This document shows, piece after piece, positions 26,222-35,520 of a stretch of DNA of 64,000 bases. Numbering within the stretch: the stretch's first letter is position 1; every line of letters begins with the position of its first letter. A model generated the notes under the pieces. That model saw only the letters and a program-made list of their open reading frames with translations, searched no databases and was not told the DNA's origin. This DNA is from an uncultured cyanobacterium (lineage in GTDB: Bacteria > Cyanobacteriota > Cyanobacteriia > Cyanobacteriales > Cyanobacteriaceae), in the NCBI GenBank assembly GCA_963710605.1, contig CAVQBA010000006.1, positions 416,001-480,000 of the forward strand, read 5' to 3'. The translations under genes were made by a program, and so were the position numbers.

Positions 26222-26569
26222 AATATAATGATTGGTTTTTATTTAAAAAAATTACTATAGCTGATAACTGAAGTGCTGATAAGTAACTCAAAATAAAAAA
26301 AGTTTGTGGTTACCCCTTTAGGGGTTTAAAACAAACACTTTGCTCGATAATGGCTAAAGCCATCACTACAAACCCTATTTATCGATATTTACCCGAACTT
26401 AATATCAGCGATAATTTCTCTCACCAAAATAAAATTTCTGAAGATGTTTAATGAGCAAACTATGAGTAAAAACCCAAGAATTCTTGGGCTTAACACAGCT
26501 TTTATCAGAGTGAGATTTTTTGAATATTTGGGATTTAAAACTTACTTAGTCACTTCAAATAATTCAAGA

Positions 26570-27007
26570 TTAAGCAATATTATCATAAGCTTTAACCAAA
26601 GGTGATAACTTATCTATATACAAAGGTACGGATGATAAGTGTGTATATACTCGATTTGATTTGGTAAATTTTCCTGTAAAAACAAGTTTGTAACTAGAAA
26701 ATATAGTCACTAAAGTCCACATTTCCATATCTCCACTACTTTTATCTTTATTCATAAAAGAAACGAATTCAAGATTTGTTTCTTCGTCAAAATTTAACTT
26801 TTCTTTAGTAGTTTCATCAAATGTGTCAAATAGTTGAGGAACAATTGTCGGATCATATTCTCCACCAAAACCTGGTACTCTTGAACGGGCTTGTAAATTA
26901 GTACCTACTAAAAAGGCTATTCCATCAATACCATTATCTCTTTTTGCACAATCATCAAGAATAGGTTGCATCGCTATGATTACGTCATCACTACTTTGAT
27001 AATCCAT
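26570..27007 (-). CDS. Hypothetical protein, possibly Roadblock/LC7 (MglB-like) fold
   Basis: GGAG RBS before ATG 27007; helix-NGIDGIAFLVG-strand-helix-three strands-helix pattern. Confidence 0.55.
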   Translation of the reverse strand: MDYQSSDDVIIAMQPILDDCAKRDNGIDGIAFLVGTNLQARSRVPGFGGEYDPTIVPQLFDTFDETTKEKLNFDEETNLEFVSFMNKDKSSGDMEMWTLVTIFSSYKLVFTGKFTKSNRVYTHLSSVPLYIDKLSPLVKAYDNIA

Positions 27008-27368
27008 AAAAAACTTTCTCCATGAAATAGTTAACTTAGATAATTCAGAGTTTGAAATAAAATACAACATACTTATGACAAATTCATTTTGTCTTATTAC
27101 TAAATCGTTTCAAGAGAAATAGTTAAGGATTGTTATTTATTCAAACTATCAAATTTATCGATATTGTCAGTATAGCTTATGTTTTTATTCAAAAATTCAT
27201 AAATTTTACTTTTTTTTCATTTTTAATTGATCAAGTTTTGATATTAATTTTAGGTTTAAAATTAAGTGTTATTTAGTAAGAAAAATTTTAATCTTTGATT
27301 GAGTCTTTCTAAAATTATGAGGTACGGTAACAACAATGAGTAAAGCAATTCTGAATATTTTTTTGTGT

Positions 27369-27476
27369 TATACCAAATTGAAAAAATAAAAAGACAGAAC
27401 AATCCCCCTAAATCCCCCTTCGTAAGGGGGACTTACCAATAAGAACTGTTGTAGATTTTATTTTAATTAGGATTAC
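27369..27476. repeat. MITE-like element with CCCCCTAAATCCCCCTT..AAGGGGGACTT hairpin
   Basis: TATACCAAATTG start; hairpin shared with 16841, 32652 and 34684. Confidence 0.65.
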
Positions 27477-27593
27477 TTTTTTCACGACAACAGACGATCG
27501 TTTTGATTTAATTAAAATATTAGTATTGGGTGCAAACCTTGCACCCCTACAAAAAATATCCAAATTGTTTTGCACTGTTTACTCTTGGCACTA

Positions 27594-28736
27594 TCAATGA
27601 CCACCAACTTCTAAACCACACATATCACTAGTGGCTTCAACAATTTGTTGACCATTTTTATGTTTTAATTCTAAATGTAATTGACCTTTAAGAGTATCCC
27701 GACAATTAAAGACTAATCCGTTTTCTGTGGGTACACGAACTATTGTTCCTTTTAAGTTAGTTGTGCCGATTAGTTTCACTTGATATTCCTCGTTTTCGGC
27801 TTCTATTTCCCACCTACCCCAAGGTTGGATTATAGGATTTATTTTACTGTTATTAGTTGAGCTGAATTCGTATAGTTTACCTTGATAATGAATACCAACG
27901 ATCGAAACATTTTCATCCCACCAAAGTATTTTTCTTTTTCCTCCTGCGGCAGTAACAGCTAATTCTATATCTTCATTAAAACTATTACAATTAAGCCAAA
28001 ACCATGATTCGGGAAAAGAATAACCCCAGTTTTTCTCACTATAAGCAGGTGTATTTTCAAATTCGTAAATTTTGCCATTCCAATCAATATAACCTGTAGC
28101 TAAACCATAAGCCATTAATACCTGCCAACCAGGGTCGAATATTGGTAAAAAAGAAAGTAAACCTGCTGTTGCTTTGGGCGATTTGGATGTATCTCCCCAA
28201 CTATAAATTGGTTGAGTATGGTAGTGCCAACGACAATATTGATTATTATGAGGATTAGTAATAAAACCTTGATTCAATGTAGTTGTAATCCCCCCTTTAT
28301 CCCCCCTTTGTAAGGGGGGTAAGGAAGCTCTATTTATGGTAATGTTTTTTGAATTTGATATAACTTGATAACCTTGTTCGATATTTTGCTCGAAGTCTTG
28401 AGGATGAAGAAGATGTGGTTTTTCGGTTAAAGATGTTTTACCCCAATGAGTGAAAGCTAGTTTATTTGGTGATGCCCAAAATTTACTAGTTTCTGGTAAT
28501 GTACGCCATAGATATTGTTCGTCTATACCGATAATTTGGACTAAACCGCCACTATTAGCTTTACTTCCTACAGGATCGTCGATCGAGTACATAAAAGCAA
28601 AATTTTCTTGTATATCGGGCAAACTAATCCGAAAATACCACCCTTCAAAAAATCGACGATCGCTACCATCCCAATGATAACCACTATGAGGCGTTTCTTG
28701 AACATTAATTGTTTTTGGCTTTAGCGATTTATCCAT
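27594..28736 (-). CDS. Tocopherol cyclase (Slr1737/VTE1 family) with in-frame 25-aa repeat-derived insert
   Basis: TPHSGYHWDGSDRRFFEGWYFR, AYSEKNWG.SFP..WFW.NCN, CGLEVGG; next to homogentisate phytyltransferase. Confidence 0.93.
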   Translation of the reverse strand: MDKSLKPKTINVQETPHSGYHWDGSDRRFFEGWYFRISLPDIQENFAFMYSIDDPVGSKANSGGLVQIIGIDEQYLWRTLPETSKFWASPNKLAFTHWGKTSLTEKPHLLHPQDFEQNIEQGYQVISNSKNITINRASLPPLQRGDKGGITTTLNQGFITNPHNNQYCRWHYHTQPIYSWGDTSKSPKATAGLLSFLPIFDPGWQVLMAYGLATGYIDWNGKIYEFENTPAYSEKNWGYSFPESWFWLNCNSFNEDIELAVTAAGGKRKILWWDENVSIVGIHYQGKLYEFSSTNNSKINPIIQPWGRWEIEAENEEYQVKLIGTTNLKGTIVRVPTENGLVFNCRDTLKGQLHLELKHKNGQQIVEATSDMCGLEVGGH

Positions 28737-28866
28737 ACTTTTGACGATTAACGATTAAATATTTTTATTGATGGTATTTGACTAATTCATTTTTTACTTT
28801 AGTAATTATTTGATGCCCTTAACCTGCCTTACATATAAATTGAAACGATCGATTTCGAGCTTCTAT

Positions 28867-29091
28867 TCATACCACAGTGTCTTGTTTATTTGGTTTAGGA
28901 ATATTCATACCTTCTACTTTGGCTGTAGATAACCATGCTTCTATTGCACCTTTTCCCATAAAAATAGCTTCTTCTGGTGTCTCCCCATCGGATATACAAC
29001 CAGGTAAATCAGGAAACTCAATCAGATAACCGCCTCCATCTTCTTTACTTAAAGGTTTGATAACGTAACGATAAGGTAAATTATTATTCAT
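28867..29091 (-). CDS. hicB: HicB family antitoxin (short form)
   Basis: EDGGGYLIEFPDLPGCISDGETPEEAI. Confidence 0.88.
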   Translation of the reverse strand: MNNNLPYRYVIKPLSKEDGGGYLIEFPDLPGCISDGETPEEAIFMGKGAIEAWLSTAKVEGMNIPKPNKQDTVV

Positions 29092-29323
29092 TTCTTACTT
29101 CGTCAATTAATTTTATTAATTTTTTGATGTAAATAGGTTTTATCGGTTTACGAGCTGGAATGGTTAAAATAGTTGTAAAATAAGGATGCTTAAAAGTTAC
29201 ATGAGAACCACTCGCTAATCTTTTTTCAAATCCATAATGATTAGCAATACGATCGACATCATCTATTTTCCAATTTTGAGGATTATTCCTCATTTTAACA
29301 AGTAATTTTTCTATTTTACCCAT
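29084..29323 (-). CDS. hicA: HicA family mRNA interferase toxin
   Basis: GSHVTFKHP...LTIPARKPIKPIYIK; overlaps hicB. Confidence 0.88.
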   Translation of the reverse strand: MGKIEKLLVKMRNNPQNWKIDDVDRIANHYGFEKRLASGSHVTFKHPYFTTILTIPARKPIKPIYIKKLIKLIDEVRNE

Positions 29324-29383
29324 TTACTAAGTTGGTTTATACTTTAATTTTGTTTACAATTACAATCGATACCATATATCAAT

Positions 29384-30283
29384 TTAAACAAAAAATAAGC
29401 TGGGAAAAAGTAAATATTCTAAGAAAAAGAGCTTCCAAATAAATTGATAAAAAGAAGTTATTTCGCTTTTTTCATCTAAATTAATATTACTAGAACGCCA
29501 CCATAATAAAGCTAATAAACTTAAATGACCAATAATCAAAAGACTATAATTAGCAGAGAAACGCATAAAATAACCGCCAATAATTACTCCTAAATAAGAA
29601 AAAGTAATTACAAATCTAGCAATATTAAAAATACTTTTACTACCTAATAAAATACTAAATGTTTTGATGTTATATTGTTTATCGCCTTCAATATCGGGAA
29701 CATCTTTAAAAATAGCGATCGCTACTGTAAAAATAACAATAAAAAAGGTCAAAATGTAAACAGGAAAATTGAGAAAAAATTGACCAGTTAATTGTTGAGT
29801 AAAATACAAAAATAAACCAACATTAACGATTATCCCCCTAACCGTAAAAATACATAAACTAGCAAAGAAAGGATACCTTTTAAGACGAATTGGTGGTAAA
29901 GAATAAATAGTACCGATAATCAGACTAGTAACGACTGTAGCTAACAACCAAAACCCTAACAATCCAGCAAGTATAACTGATAAAATACCGCAAAGAATAA
30001 CGATCGATTTTCCTTGTTGTAAAGATAAATTACCACTAGCTAAAGGTAGATCGGGTTTATTAATTTTGTCTATTTCGACATCAAGTAACTGATTTAAACC
30101 GACAATATAAACATTACCTAATAAGCAACTTATCCAAGCACCAAGTAATGTAGTTAAATCGTTATAGCTAAACGAATGTTCGCTAAAAGCGATCGCTAAA
30201 AAATAAAGACAAAAAACGCTTAAACTCGTACCGATAATTGTATGAGGGCGAGAAAATTTCCAAAGATTACGAAAAAAAGACAT
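29384..30283 (-). CDS. Homogentisate phytyltransferase (UbiA family, Slr1736-like)
   Basis: FSRPHTIIGT, YIVGLNQL.DVEIDKINKP.LPLASG, FKDVPDIEGD, FYQFIWKLFFLEY. Confidence 0.93.
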   Translation of the reverse strand: MSFFRNLWKFSRPHTIIGTSLSVFCLYFLAIAFSEHSFSYNDLTTLLGAWISCLLGNVYIVGLNQLLDVEIDKINKPDLPLASGNLSLQQGKSIVILCGILSVILAGLLGFWLLATVVTSLIIGTIYSLPPIRLKRYPFFASLCIFTVRGIIVNVGLFLYFTQQLTGQFFLNFPVYILTFFIVIFTVAIAIFKDVPDIEGDKQYNIKTFSILLGSKSIFNIARFVITFSYLGVIIGGYFMRFSANYSLLIIGHLSLLALLWWRSSNINLDEKSEITSFYQFIWKLFFLEYLLFPSLFFV

Positions 30284-30325
30284 AGACGCAATAATTAATA
30301 ATTAATAATTGATAATTGATAGTGA

Positions 30326-31267
30326 TTAATTGTCTTCGGTTAAGAGTAAGAAAACATCTTCAATTGAAGCTTTACGTTTTTTCATTTCATAAATTCCTAA
30401 TCCTTCACCGACTATCATTGCGGCAATTTGATTACCTACTTCATTATGACTGTTTGTGTTGATATTCACATAAAAACGATTGTTAGAGTTTGCTATGGGT
30501 TGAATAGTGACATTATCTTCTACCCCCTCAATATTAGCTAACTTTAAGGCTAAATTACTGGTATCTCCTTCTATTTCTAGTTGGTATCCCTGACCATTTT
30601 TTGATTTTTGTAAGAGTTGTTCGGGTTTTCCTGTGGCGACGACACTACCTCGATTAATGACGACAAGACGATCGCAAATCATATTTACTTCAGATAAAAT
30701 ATGAGTTGATAAAATAATAGTTCTTTCCCCTGCCAGACTTTTAATCAAATTACGAACTTCAATAATCTGTCGTGGATCTAAACCGACGGTTGGTTCGTCT
30801 AATATAATAACTGGTGGCTCGTGTACGATAGCTTGAGCAATACCGACTCTTTGCCGATAACCTTTCGATAATTTGTAAATAATCGTGTTGGCTTTATCTT
30901 CTATTTGACAGTATTTTAAGGCTTTTTGGATTTTTAAATTACGATCGACTCTAGGTATTCCTTTAATTTTACAGACAAAAGAAAGATATTCACTAACTGT
31001 CATTTCAGGATAAAGAGGAGGAATTTCAGGTAAGTAGCCGATTCTTTCTCTTACTGCCATCGGTTGCTGGTGTACTTCAAAACCATCGATTGTGGCTGTA
31101 CCTTCATTGGCAGGGATATAACCACTTAAAATACGCATGGTGGTGGTTTTACCCGCTCCATTAGGACCTAAAAAACCTAATATACTTCCTTTGCTCACAG
31201 TAAAAGAAACATCTTTAATTGCTTGAGTTTTACCGTAAATTTTACTTAGATTTTTTACCTCAATCAT
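30326..31267 (-). CDS. ABC transporter ATP-binding protein (ABC-2/GldA-like)
   Basis: GPNGAGKTT, LSKGYRQR, ILDEPT. Confidence 0.92.
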   Translation of the reverse strand: MIEVKNLSKIYGKTQAIKDVSFTVSKGSILGFLGPNGAGKTTTMRILSGYIPANEGTATIDGFEVHQQPMAVRERIGYLPEIPPLYPEMTVSEYLSFVCKIKGIPRVDRNLKIQKALKYCQIEDKANTIIYKLSKGYRQRVGIAQAIVHEPPVIILDEPTVGLDPRQIIEVRNLIKSLAGERTIILSTHILSEVNMICDRLVVINRGSVVATGKPEQLLQKSKNGQGYQLEIEGDTSNLALKLANIEGVEDNVTIQPIANSNNRFYVNINTNSHNEVGNQIAAMIVGEGLGIYEMKKRKASIEDVFLLLTEDN

Positions 31268-31473
31268 CTTTGAGTACCTTGTTACGAATTTATGAAATAA
31301 TTAAATGGTCAATCAAATAGGTTATGCGATCGTATTATTAATTTATAATTGTCATAATTTTTTAATTCTATTTTTGATTTTACCCTTATAAAGTTAATCA
31401 TAAAATAATTAAATTATTAAACAATTGATCGTTTTTAAATATAAGTAACTTTCTTTATTAAAATCTTTTTATT

Positions 31474-32199
31474 ATGGATGTATTTTTACAAGGAATAAAA
31501 AAATTATGGCGAAACAAAATTCATCAACCGATTAGTTCTTTAATTGCAACAATCGGTGTATTTGGTCTAATTAGTTGTATTATAGTTGTTTATGTATTTG
31601 CTCAAATTTCTGATGAGGTTTTAGAACAAGATCCTTTTGGTTTCGATCGAACTATTTTACTTTGGATTCACAACAACTTGAGTAATTCTGTTCTCGATCG
31701 AGTCATGTTATTCATTACTTATCTTGGTAATCCTAATGTAGTAGTCGTTTTAGTTACTATCATTATGTTGATTTTGTTGTGGCGAAAATATTATCAAGAA
31801 GCAAAGATGTTTGCGATAGATTGTGCGGGGGGCGTAATTCTTAGTTACGAGCTTAAGACATTTTTTAGTAAGAATCGTCCTCAATTATGGGATTCGCCAC
31901 TGAATGAAGTTTCTTATAGTTATCCTAGTGGTCATGCTTTGGGTTCTGCTGTACTATATGTATTTTTAAGTTATGTATTAGCAAATCGTTATCCTAAGTT
32001 TGCACCACTAATTTATACTGGTGCGACTATACTCATTTTATCGATCGGTTTTAGTCGTCTATATTTAGGCGTACATTGGCCAACTGATATTGTTGGTGGA
32101 TATTGTATTGGTTTTTTCTGGGCTATTTTGTGTATCACGATGTTAAAACTACTTAATAGTAAACAACAAAAAGAAAATCTGAGCAAAGATGAAAGCTGA
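31474..32199 (+). CDS. PAP2 family membrane phosphatase
   Basis: K....RP, YPSGHA, SRLYLGVHWPTD. Confidence 0.92.
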   Translation: MDVFLQGIKKLWRNKIHQPISSLIATIGVFGLISCIIVVYVFAQISDEVLEQDPFGFDRTILLWIHNNLSNSVLDRVMLFITYLGNPNVVVVLVTIIMLILLWRKYYQEAKMFAIDCAGGVILSYELKTFFSKNRPQLWDSPLNEVSYSYPSGHALGSAVLYVFLSYVLANRYPKFAPLIYTGATILILSIGFSRLYLGVHWPTDIVGGYCIGFFWAILCITMLKLLNSKQQKENLSKDES

Positions 32200-32291
32200 A
32201 GAATTAGCAATCAACAATTAAACTACTTTACCTATTCTCTGTTAGTTCATTTTCATTATTAATTATTAATTATTAATTATTAATTATTGAA

Positions 32292-32588
32292 TTACCAATC
32301 GGAAATTGTGTCTGGTTCGGTTTCTCTAACAAATTGCTTTGGCTTCGATCGATCTACGTTTTTAATTCTGGCTTTGTTCTTACTAGTAAATAATAAAGGT
32401 ACGATCGCTCCAACGATAAAACCTAAACCAAGAATCATCGATAACAATACACCGATCGGAATTTCAACCGATTTAAAAAAGAAAAATTTTAAGCTAACTA
32501 AAGTAATATTTTGAATTGAAAAAGTAGCTACTAAAACAATCCAAATTGTAAATATACAGGCAATAAAAAGATTTTTAGTTGTATTCAT
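32292..32588 (-). CDS. LapA/DUF1049-like small membrane protein
   Basis: FSIQNITLVSLKFFFFKSVEIPIG between two TM segments. Confidence 0.7.
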   Translation of the reverse strand: MNTTKNLFIACIFTIWIVLVATFSIQNITLVSLKFFFFKSVEIPIGVLLSMILGLGFIVGAIVPLLFTSKNKARIKNVDRSKPKQFVRETEPDTISDW

Positions 32589-32651
32589 ATTTGCAAGATT
32601 TAATTAATATTATTATAGTTTTTGTATTTTGAGATAAGCTTAAAATTGGTA

Positions 32652-32940
32652 AGTCCCCCTTTCAAAGGGGGATTTAGGGGGATTAGTTTATACTTTGTGT
32701 CGAGCTTATACCTTTAGTTTTTATTTCGATAATGGAGAAAATAGCAAGTAATAAGTAGGTTAGGACGTTTCAACCACCCCTAACCCCTCCTTCAAAGGAG
32801 GGGAAATCTATTTAATACCAATTCAATTTATTAAAGCGACACATGAATAGATGAAGTCCCCCTTTCAAAGGGGAAGGGCTGTCACCTGAATTTATTTCAG
32901 GCGTTTATAAGCCCTGTGGATTTAGGGGGATTTAGGGGAA
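32652..32940. repeat. Cluster of three G/C-hairpin repeat elements, one with a nested insert
   Basis: AAGTCCCCCTTTCAAAGGGGGATTTAGGGGG at ~32651 and ~32854; CCACCCCTAACCCCTCCTTCAAAGGAGGGG at ~32774. Confidence 0.7.
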
Positions 32941-32952
32941 TAGAGATTTAGG

Positions 32953-34551
32953 TTATTTTAGGTAACTAACTTTGATGTTATCAAGAGAGTCTTGGTTATC
33001 GTCCATTGAAATACCTCGATCGTTTACCGATAAATGACGTAAAATTTTGTAAATAGCTTCGATTTGTTCTGACTCACCTATTTTACTGGCTATCTCTGCA
33101 ACAGTAAGAAGTTGACTACTTTGTTTAACCAAATCTAAAGTTTTACCCTGTAAATCGAGAATAGAAGCGGCGGCTTTTTTCCCTGCTTCCACACCTGGTT
33201 GATGATAAGCATTAATATTAACTAAATAAGCATAAATACTAACAGCTCTTTCGTAAAGGGCAATTAAAGCACCGACAGAATAAGGAGTAACCTCATCGAC
33301 AGTAACTGTAACCGAATCTCTACCATTGTCAAAAAGTGCTTGACGAGTACCTTGTAACAAACCAGAAAGATAATCACCTGCGGTATTTTTACCATCCAAG
33401 AAGATAGATTTACCATCTCTATCTTTTAACACTTCAATAAAAGTAACGAAGAAATTGGCAACACCTTCTCTTAATTGTTGTACGTAGGCGTGTTGATCGG
33501 TCGAACCTTTGTTACCATAAACAGCGATACCTTGATAAACTTTATTACCATCTAAATCTTCTTCTTTACCCAAAGATTCCATCACCAGTTGTTGTAAATA
33601 GCGACTGAAAAGGAATAGACTATCTTTGTAAGGTAAAACTACCATATCCTTTTCGCCTTTACCATTACCTGCATAATACCAAGCCAGAGCTAGTAAAGCG
33701 GCGGGATTATTTTTAATTTCTCGGTTTCGGGTAGCAATATCCATTTCTTTTGCACCTGCCAACATCGCCTCAATATCAACACCTTCTAAAGCCGCAGGTA
33801 ACAAACCTACTGCTGATAATTCTGATGTACGTCCTCCTACCCAATCAAACATGGAGAAACAATCGAGCCAATTTTCTGCTTTAACGACTTGATAAAGTTT
33901 GCTACTGTCATCCAGCATAGTGATAGCTACAGCATAACGAGCAAAATCTAAACCTTGTTGCTCGTAAGCGTGTTTGGCTTCTATCATTCCGTTACGAGTT
34001 TCTGGCGTGCCACCTGATTTACTAATAACGGTGACTAAAGTTGTCTTGAGTTTGCCTTTAAGTTCGCTAAAAACTCGAATCGATACCATTAGGATTCTGT
34101 GTTATCAATAAAGTGTATTTTTAATTTAGGATTAGAATCAGTTAAGGCTTGAGAGACAAATTGAGGTGCCTAAAGCTGAGCCACCGATACCAATTGAGAG
34201 TAAATCGGTAAATTTTTCTCCTGTGGGGGTGGTGATTGTGCCATTATGAATTTTCTGGGTAAATTCTTTAATTTGAGCGAGGCTTTCTTTAATTTCTTTT
34301 TTTATTTCTTGATTGGGGGCAATATCTGTGTTTCTTAACCAATAATGTCCAACCATTCTTTTTTCGTCGGGATTAGCGATCGCACCTTGTTCTAATTTCT
34401 CTACAGAATCAAAGGCATCGGCAAATTTAGGTTTAATATCATTATAAAAATCTTCATCAAATCGCATCCGACTAATATCAACATAGATATTTAATTTCTC
34501 GTTGTAATAAAGCCAATCTTGATAACGTTGCCAAAGTTGTAGTTTATCCAT
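32953..34551 (-). CDS. pgi: Glucose-6-phosphate isomerase (split by three apparent +1 errors at 34076-34170)
   Basis: [47 protein letters not shown]. Confidence 0.93.
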
Positions 34552-34642
34552 GAATTTTATCGTCAAACAATAATCAATTTATTTATACTTCGTTATTTAT
34601 TATGATTGACTTTTAGTCTGAAAGAACGTTTAAATCTTAATT

Positions 34643-34750
34643 TATAGCGTTTATTACATTCATGAGGTACAGTTTCTATTTGTAAGTCCCCCTTACGAAG
34701 GGGGATTTAGGGGGATTAGTCTGTATCTTATGAAACTGAGAATTGCTATA
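34643..34750. mobile_element. MITE-like element, TATAGC...GCTATA ends with G/C hairpin
   Basis: Same wrapper as 20484-20626. Confidence 0.65.
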
Positions 34751-34833
34751 TTCAATTATATATTGATGATAATTATTGAGACTCAACCATTGCATAATTT
34801 GAATACGATTCATCGCATTTTCAATTTGGAGAA

Positions 34834-35514
34834 TTATTTTGCATTAATAACCTCATTTAATTTAGACACTAATTGATAAACTGTAGTTGAAGGGTTGATG
34901 TTATGTCTTTGAATCAACTCTGATAATTCCAAATCTTCTGATTTACTATTGTGTTGTGAATAACTTAACCATAATTTTCTGGCATTTTTGATCGCTTGAC
35001 TTTCTTTATCCTTTAATTGTTTATAAATTTGCTCGGCATTTTTTTCATACTTTGTACCTAATCGCTGAGTTAGTTTCTGATTAATTTTGCTTCTGTGAGT
35101 GTCACTAGTATAATACTCGTAATGAAGTAGTAACCATAATTCAAAAGCATCATTAGAAATAGCTAAATTACATTGATCATTAAACGCTAATTCTATAGCA
35201 GTGTTAAAATTTTGCTGATTATAATTTTCTGATTTTGCATCTCGATCGAAAACACACCACACTTCATCATCTCCATAATCACCATCTTTTGCTTTGAATT
35301 TAATAGCTTCTCTTACAACAGTTATACCTACTGCTTTAGCATTTTCTATTTTAAGAGAAATTGTTGCCGTTTTTGTTTCTCTTCCTAAGACTTGAAACTC
35401 TCTAAAATATTTTTCTTCTGTATGCCCTTCACAAACAATCAAAAACCTTTTTCTAATTTTTCTGGTATTAGATTTTCTTCTAGAATAAGGAGGTTGAGAT
35501 TTCTTTCTAGCCAT
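34834..35514 (-). CDS. rloB: RloB family protein
   Basis: FLIVCEG.TE..YF, VWCVFDRD, AISN.AFELWLLLHY, NPSTTVYQLV. Confidence 0.88.
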   Translation of the reverse strand: MARKKSQPPYSRRKSNTRKIRKRFLIVCEGHTEEKYFREFQVLGRETKTATISLKIENAKAVGITVVREAIKFKAKDGDYGDDEVWCVFDRDAKSENYNQQNFNTAIELAFNDQCNLAISNDAFELWLLLHYEYYTSDTHRSKINQKLTQRLGTKYEKNAEQIYKQLKDKESQAIKNARKLWLSYSQHNSKSEDLELSELIQRHNINPSTTVYQLVSKLNEVINAK

Positions 35515-35520
35515 ATTCAA

